A stretch of DNA of 64,000 bases, from sequence record MW384823.1. The stretch is one strand, 5' to 3'. The translations under genes were made by a program, and so were the position numbers. The notes beneath the pieces were generated by a model. It saw only the letters and a program-made list of their open reading frames with translations, ran no database searches and had not been told where the DNA came from. Numbering within the stretch: the stretch's first letter is position 1; each line of letters begins with the position of its first letter. This document shows positions 58,926 to 64,000 of this stretch, in pieces.

Positions 58926-60303
58926 AGCTTGCGATAGCCCGCACGAGGAAATAGAGCAACAACGCGTTACGCACCGCCGCCAGTGCCGCGGTGTGTGTCA
59001 GGTGTGTCTCTTTCTTCACCAGTTTCTCTAAGCGGTCACGTAACGACAAGACGTATTCGTTGGTGGACTTCGAGGATTGGTAGAGGGCCCGCATTCGGTT
59101 CAACAGGAAGGCCACGTCTTTGAAGTTGATGCGGTTAGTCACAATCAAATCAAAGGCATGGGCCAATGCGTCGTTCATGATGCTCTCGACTTCACTGCGT
59201 TGTTTACCGAGCGGCAAAGAGGCGATGTAGAACAGCACAGTCTTCATGGCCACCGGGGAGGCTTTCGGTACCATCTCAAGGGCTACACGCGCCAACTCTT
59301 CTTTGTAGAAGTTGTTGATGTCGTACGACGAATCAATTAGCGTTTGTTTCGCGGTGTTCAGGGCAGTGACCTTGTCGCGGATAATCGACTCCCCGTCCAA
59401 ATCGATGCGGGATGATTGACTGAGCACACGCGCATTAGACCGGCGTACCGCATCCAGTACCGCGTAGTAGTCCTTCACCGTTTGTTTGGTACGGGTGTTC
59501 AAGTCGGTGATAAACCGGATGAGTAGATCGGGGTGGTTAAACGCTTTGACTTCGTTGTAATGCGGACACTCCTTAGACACGAAGTATTCCGCACGATCGG
59601 TCATGTGCAGGCCCCAGTTCCCCATGCGACGAATGTCGAACTTCAACGACAGCATGGAGTAGGCCGCTTCGGCCGCAGGCAGGTCAACCGGTTTCGGGAA
59701 GAAGTGGTAATAGATACTCGAGTAGAATTTGAACTGGAGCAGCTTCACCAAATCCACGGCGGCTCCGTAAATCTCTTTGTCGGAGAATTTCGGGTACATA
59801 GCATGTATCATGTACGCAATGGTCAGGTTGAAGGTGTTACCCGCCACGGCCCAATCCGCATTGATGGTTTTGGTTTGGGCAATCTCGGCTTCCAGCAAGT
59901 CCTCGTCCACTTCGAGCACTTCATCGAACAGGCGATTACGGTCACTGTCGTAGAAACGGATGGTGTGCACTCCAAGAAGGTTGGAGCCGAACCACTCGAC
60001 ATTACCTTCGCGGTTGAACACGCCGGAAACGTACAGGCGAATTTTGGTGGCCAGACGTCGGTCAATGGTCACATTCTTAAAGACGCCGTCGAACGCCTTA
60101 CGAAGGGCTTCGGTCTTGACAGCCTCAGAGGCCACAAGCTGGCCAGCAGGGATATACCCGCCTAAACCGTAGTCGTAAATCAACCCGTTATCCAGAGGAA
60201 TGTCCCACTCATCTGGAATGCGATTACGAGACGATTCGCCGACCGCTAACTCTTTTCCGTCACGATAACAACCCGTCGTGAAGTCAAAAATAAGTTCGGA
60301 CAT
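58924..60303 (-). CDS. Conserved jumbo-phage protein, probable processed head protein
   Basis: AGAGGA RBS; 459 aa; candidate A-X-E site LVASE-A ends a ~60-aa N-terminal segment. Function is inference. Confidence 0.65.
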   Translation of the reverse strand: MSELIFDFTTGCYRDGKELAVGESSRNRIPDEWDIPLDNGLIYDYGLGGYIPAGQLVASEAVKTEALRKAFDGVFKNVTIDRRLATKIRLYVSGVFNREGNVEWFGSNLLGVHTIRFYDSDRNRLFDEVLEVDEDLLEAEIAQTKTINADWAVAGNTFNLTIAYMIHAMYPKFSDKEIYGAAVDLVKLLQFKFYSSIYYHFFPKPVDLPAAEAAYSMLSLKFDIRRMGNWGLHMTDRAEYFVSKECPHYNEVKAFNHPDLLIRFITDLNTRTKQTVKDYYAVLDAVRRSNARVLSQSSRIDLDGESIIRDKVTALNTAKQTLIDSSYDINNFYKEELARVALEMVPKASPVAMKTVLFYIASLPLGKQRSEVESIMNDALAHAFDLIVTNRINFKDVAFLLNRMRALYQSSKSTNEYVLSLRDRLEKLVKKETHLTHTAALAAVRNALLLYFLVRAIAS

Positions 60304-60329
60304 AACGATTCCTCTAAATTTTTACGGAT

Positions 60330-60346
60330 AGATATTATCATTTTGA
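60330..60346 (+). promoter_or_regulatory. Early-promoter-like variant
   Basis: AGATATTATCATTTTGA shares its first 10 nt with the copies at 5198 and 13935. Confidence 0.45.
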
Positions 60347-60371
60347 TAATACCATAAGGAGTTTTTAAACC

Positions 60372-61502
60372 ATGAAGAAATTACTCAGAAAACAAGACTG
60401 GAATCAAAAGTACCATTCCCCAGCGTTCGACAAATCCACCCCAGTGGTTGTCTGGAAACTCGACCACGGTTGCCTGTGCACACTGCGCAACGTGGGCGGA
60501 ATGGTCGTGATTGAAAATGGCACCTATTCTGCCGCCAACACCTTACTGGCTCGCTTGCTGTCCGAAGCGGGTATTACCGGCGACATCACTATTCATACCA
60601 CAGCACTGATTCCACAAAACGTGTCTCGTTGGTTGACGTGGTGGTTGTCAACAGAGCCGGAAGAGGATGACCCGCATCTGCGGACTCTCACTGTTTCAAC
60701 AATGGGGCAGATTCCGAAAAAGAAATTGCCCTTCCAAGTAAACGTAATTAAACCTGCGACAATGGAAGCATGCGAAGTCCTTGACTACGTACGCCAAAGT
60801 TCTCGCAACCCTTCTGTCTCCCAATTTCTTGTGGAGCACGAGGGACAGGTATACCGTCTGGAACCAGAACGTCGGACGGAGGCAAAGATTGTCGACTGTA
60901 CGTCACGCGGATATGTTTTACGTACCCAGTCCAATCACGTCTTCTTAACGAATATGGTCTCGAGACGGATACAGGCGCAACTCAAGGCTAAGAACTTGAG
61001 GCCCGAAAACCTCATCGGTGCCACCGTGAGGGTAGAGTACACAATGTTTACTGACGGGAACCGTCTGTGTAACTATAAGTCACCCATTGTGTATCGCTGT
61101 ACCGATTTGGACACATTGTGTCCAGATGCCATCCCCCCATACGATGGTCCCTTCATGTTCATTAGTAACCAGCCATCCAACAACGCGCTGTTGACAGCCA
61201 CTCGATGTGGACGGGCGAGGATTACGCAAAACGGGGATTCTATCATTGGGTGCGATGGGGAGTCCGATCTGCAACTGTTCCGCTTCACCAGGGGCGTTGA
61301 GGATGGCTGCTATGCAGCTACCCTCGAACGACAAGGGCAGTCGGAGGATTGGCGTTTTGAATCTGATTTGGCTACAGACGCACTCGATCCGGATGCGTTC
61401 GTACGTTGTGTGGAAAACCACCTTTACCACACGACAGGGTATCGCCTACAGGGAATCAGACTCAAATACGTTGATAGGACAAACACCCCAACGATGACAT
61501 AG
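60372..61502 (+). CDS. Divergent ATP-dependent DNA-ligase-like protein (NTase + OB remnants)
   Basis: WKLDHG (cf. KxDG), ITGDI (cf. LDGEL), TEAKIVD, and LIGATVRVEYTMFTDG..KSP..YR (OB-like). Several catalytic motifs are absent. Confidence 0.5.
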   Translation: MKKLLRKQDWNQKYHSPAFDKSTPVVVWKLDHGCLCTLRNVGGMVVIENGTYSAANTLLARLLSEAGITGDITIHTTALIPQNVSRWLTWWLSTEPEEDDPHLRTLTVSTMGQIPKKKLPFQVNVIKPATMEACEVLDYVRQSSRNPSVSQFLVEHEGQVYRLEPERRTEAKIVDCTSRGYVLRTQSNHVFLTNMVSRRIQAQLKAKNLRPENLIGATVRVEYTMFTDGNRLCNYKSPIVYRCTDLDTLCPDAIPPYDGPFMFISNQPSNNALLTATRCGRARITQNGDSIIGCDGESDLQLFRFTRGVEDGCYAATLERQGQSEDWRFESDLATDALDPDAFVRCVENHLYHTTGYRLQGIRLKYVDRTNTPTMT

Positions 61503-61513
61503 GAGTAAACGCT

Positions 61514-62035
61514 ATGCTTGCTACACCTACCTGTACTGCCCAAAACGTAAACGGTCTGCGTGTAGTTTGCCAGGATAACCGACTGGCAAATCTGTGTGAT
61601 GAGGGTATCATCACCGCCATGATTAACTATAACCCATTGGGTGACTATGGTCGTCGCAACCCCACCGAACTGCTAACTATCGCAGCGGTACTCAAGCGCA
61701 TCTTCGGTAGCCTCACGGTTGCGGAATTTAGTCGCTTCATCGACAGCCGAGAAGATATCTCGGTCGGTTTCTTAGCCCTGCTGCAAGACGGTGCAGCCTC
61801 ATTCGAAATGGGCTTAGGTAACTTCCTTGACTTTGAGTCAGGATTCGAAAACGGGGTGTTCTTCGTAAGTCGAGACCGCTACAATGGCGTTTGGGATTTT
61901 CTGGCTAGATCAGGCGTTAACGTACCGCCGAGTATCCGCAATATGCAGCTGTATGATATCAACCTCTTCGGGGAGCCGGGGCTGTGGATTAAACCTGTGT
62001 ATCTAGGAACTGACGGTTCGAGTATCCGTTCTTAA
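61514..62035 (+). CDS. Hypothetical protein
   Basis: TAGGAG RBS; 173 aa. Confidence 0.7.
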   Translation: MLATPTCTAQNVNGLRVVCQDNRLANLCDEGIITAMINYNPLGDYGRRNPTELLTIAAVLKRIFGSLTVAEFSRFIDSREDISVGFLALLQDGAASFEMGLGNFLDFESGFENGVFFVSRDRYNGVWDFLARSGVNVPPSIRNMQLYDINLFGEPGLWIKPVYLGTDGSSIRS

Positions 62036-62040
62036 CGGCT

Positions 62041-62078
62041 GACTGTGCTGCCTTCGGGTGGCACAGTCTATTTTTTTT
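62041..62078 (+). terminator. Intrinsic terminator
   Basis: GACTGTGCTGCC-TTCG-GGTGGCACAGTC followed by TATTTTTTTT. Confidence 0.9.
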
Positions 62079-62103
62079 GTTTGTTTGAATAAAAAAGATT
62101 TCA

Positions 62104-62123
62104 GATATATATTACCTAGGTGA
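62104..62123 (+). promoter_or_regulatory. Putative early promoter (TATATTAC core)
   Basis: GATATATATTACCTAGGTGA, identical to 46141-46160. Confidence 0.8.
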
Positions 62124-62173
62124 GATTGGCCTATCAATCTTAACTCAACCTATTGACTATCGAGGAAAACTTC

Positions 62174-62818
62174 ATGACTAACTTCACCCGCGTTGAATCC
62201 CTGAAAGCTGTACTGCCGTCTGATTTCGAGTCAGCGTTCTTAGAAGCCATTGACCGCGTCGAAAACGTGGCCAGCGATTCGGTCATTCTCACCCGTTGGG
62301 TGTTGATGAACGAAGGGCGTCCTGAGAAGGTCGCTATGGCGCTTCAGGAAGGCAACAACGTAACGTTCCCCTTCTTCCTAGGGGTTACCCTTCCTGAGAT
62401 GGAAGACATCGCCAAAGCGGCTTACAGCGACGTTAAACATGTGGTCGTCTTTACCAAAGACCAACTGCCGAATGCGGAAGGCTGGCAGATGCTCACTTGC
62501 AACTACACCCCGCTGAAGAAGTTCACCACAGACCAACCGTACACCGTCACGAAGAAAGAGGGTGGTGCGCTGGCTGAGGTTACTACCGCGGCAGGTGGCG
62601 CACTGATGGTAATAGCACCGGGATGCAGTGCACTGGTATTGGGTGACGAGCAGCCGACTGACCAAGTCTGGGCGTTGGTTGAAGAACTCGCGGCGGTTTC
62701 AAATGCAGAAGGTCTGGAGTTCTCGGTGCAAGCCATGAGCCCGCAGTGGTCAATGCTGTTGGATGAGCATCCTGACTATGACCTGAACAATGTCACCTTG
62801 GCAAAAACCATCCACTAA
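62174..62818 (+). CDS. Hypothetical early protein
   Basis: GAGGA RBS before ATG 62174; monocistronic between a promoter and a terminator. Confidence 0.75.
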   Translation: MTNFTRVESLKAVLPSDFESAFLEAIDRVENVASDSVILTRWVLMNEGRPEKVAMALQEGNNVTFPFFLGVTLPEMEDIAKAAYSDVKHVVVFTKDQLPNAEGWQMLTCNYTPLKKFTTDQPYTVTKKEGGALAEVTTAAGGALMVIAPGCSALVLGDEQPTDQVWALVEELAAVSNAEGLEFSVQAMSPQWSMLLDEHPDYDLNNVTLAKTIH

Positions 62819-62824
62819 AAAACG

Positions 62825-62850
62825 GGGAGCTTCGGCTCCCTATTTTTTTT
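62825..62850 (+). terminator. Intrinsic terminator
   Basis: GGGAGC-TTCG-GCTCCC followed by TATTTTTTTT. Confidence 0.9.
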
Positions 62851-63071
62851 TGTTTTTTTGTTAACTGACGGCAATGTCCAGTTGAGAATTGTACACTTTT
62901 TAACCATGGGTCAAATTCGCTCTAAAAACGGTTCTGAGATGGTCGACCTCCTACCCAGTACACTTGGGTTCCTGATACCCCATTCGTGCAGCAGAGAATC
63001 GCACAGCGCGAAATTGGGCCGGTTGCAAATCGGTTTCCGGGGCAGGGGTCGGCTGCGCGACCGCCGATGCC

Positions 63072-63491
63072 GATCAAACGTTGGGGTGCGCTTGCGCGTT
63101 TTCAGGATCAAATTCAGGAATTCAGGGCAAACGAATCTTCGTGAGTTTGGCTGAATTTGGTTGTTTTTTAACCGCTTACTCTCCCCGGCCTTTAGCCGGG
63201 ATCGAGATCCGCTTAATTTAAAAATTTTTATTTTAAAAACAAAGACTTAGTTAGGATTATCCCCCCGATCCTGAACCCCCTCTGGGGTTCAGTTAAAAAG
63301 TCCTTTCATTATACGCGTGCACGCGCACGCCATTTCCTACAGGATCTTTTAAAAGAATTAATAATATTATTAAATATATATATCCCGTAGGGATAATATT
63401 AATAATTTAAATATATATATAAACCCTACGGGTTTTAAATAACTAACGCGCGTGATCCTTATTACGAGATCTAATCCGGGAAACGGGGATC
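63072..63491. other. Non-coding, GATC-rich, palindromic AT-rich element (candidate replication origin or cis-acting site)
   Basis: 9 GATC in 420 bp, several perfect palindromes and a duplicated TAAATATATATAT+hairpin module. Confidence 0.45.
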
Positions 63492-63524
63492 GGGGGAAAG
63501 TCGAATTACAAGTTTTCCCAGTTC

Positions 63525-63952
63525 TATGCACGACGAACCAAACGCTTGCCCGAATCATCCTCGGGCCTTTTTCGAGAATCCACGATGCGGGTTCTGGACA
63601 AAGCCAGCGGGACAGCCTAACACTTCCCAACGCGTTTCAGGTTCTGGTCAGAGACTCGGTGGTCGCCACCGACGAGACCGGTACCGTGGTAGCCCCACGG
63701 GAGACTCACCGCTTTCGGGCCGTCACCCGATACGTCATCGACGAACTTACCGTCGGTCTGCTGTGAACTCTCCCTGGGGTGTGACCAGATTTCGAATTCG
63801 GCTTGCGGCCGATAACCGTACACGGTTTAGCCCCGTGTACACCGGAGAAGTCTCCAACGGAGGATGATCCAACCATCTTGGCGGCTCGGAAAGACGAGAG
63901 GGGGGTGCCCCCACGCTGCGAAGCGCTAGGGTGTCGCTGAATGTGATTTTTT
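63525..63952 (+). ncRNA. Candidate structured non-coding RNA (~430 nt)
   Basis: TATG at 63525, about a dozen consecutive hairpins, a terminal T6 and no credible ORF. The strand is inferred. Confidence 0.45.
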
Positions 63953-64000
63953 ACAAACTTGGGTGTTCCTGTGTTCAAACCACAGCACCGGAGATAAACC

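Noticed and set aside
62858-63154. Short ORFs in the terminal region (also 62911..63111, 63452..63766, 63526..63867, 63706..63978)
   Set aside because: They lack a clear RBS, have low-complexity Arg/Pro/Gly composition, overlap in conflicting frames, and do not show the codon bias of the real genes.
63491-63502. GGGGGAAAGTCG resembling the RNase P P4 motif GAGGAAAGUCC
   Set aside because: The following sequence and the 3' P4 strand (ACAGAA..CGGCUUA) are not present.
63811-63845. Stem resembling group II intron domain V
   Set aside because: There is no AGC/CGC catalytic triad with the proper bulge on either strand, and no flanking exons or RT ORF.
1-64000. tRNA or rRNA genes
   Set aside because: No cloverleaf with TTCGA T-loop and matching acceptor stem was found in the intergenic gaps. 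The TTCG loops present belong to terminators.

Overview
A 64 kb segment of a phiKZ/SPN3US-like jumbo phage (Chimalliviridae-type gene set and order) of moderate GC; the host is probably enterobacterial (inference). It encodes four of the five split virion RNA polymerase subunits, a RecA/UvsX-like ATPase, RNase H, a DEDDh exonuclease, ThyA, a 2.4 kaa tail tape-measure protein with a lytic transglycosylase domain, the prohead protease, tail tube and sheath, and the large terminase. Between these lie accessory genes, many under a recurring early-promoter motif. Recognisable accessory products are a spanin-like pair, a T4 gp30.3-like NADAR protein, a CYTH protein, an intact/degenerate MazG pair, HAD and HD phosphohydrolases, a candidate ADP-ribosyltransferase and a degenerate DNA-ligase-like protein. 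The most unusual items are a 54-aa ORF missing from the ORF track that ends in a near-exact copy of the NrdA redox C-terminal tail (DDNCAGGACKI), and the last ~1.2 kb. That stretch has no credible ORF and holds a GATC-rich, palindromic, AT-rich origin-like element followed by a hairpin-dense candidate ncRNA of ~430 nt. No tRNA, rRNA, CRISPR array, IS, intron or intein was recognised. All product calls come from motif reading and recalled synteny, not database searches.
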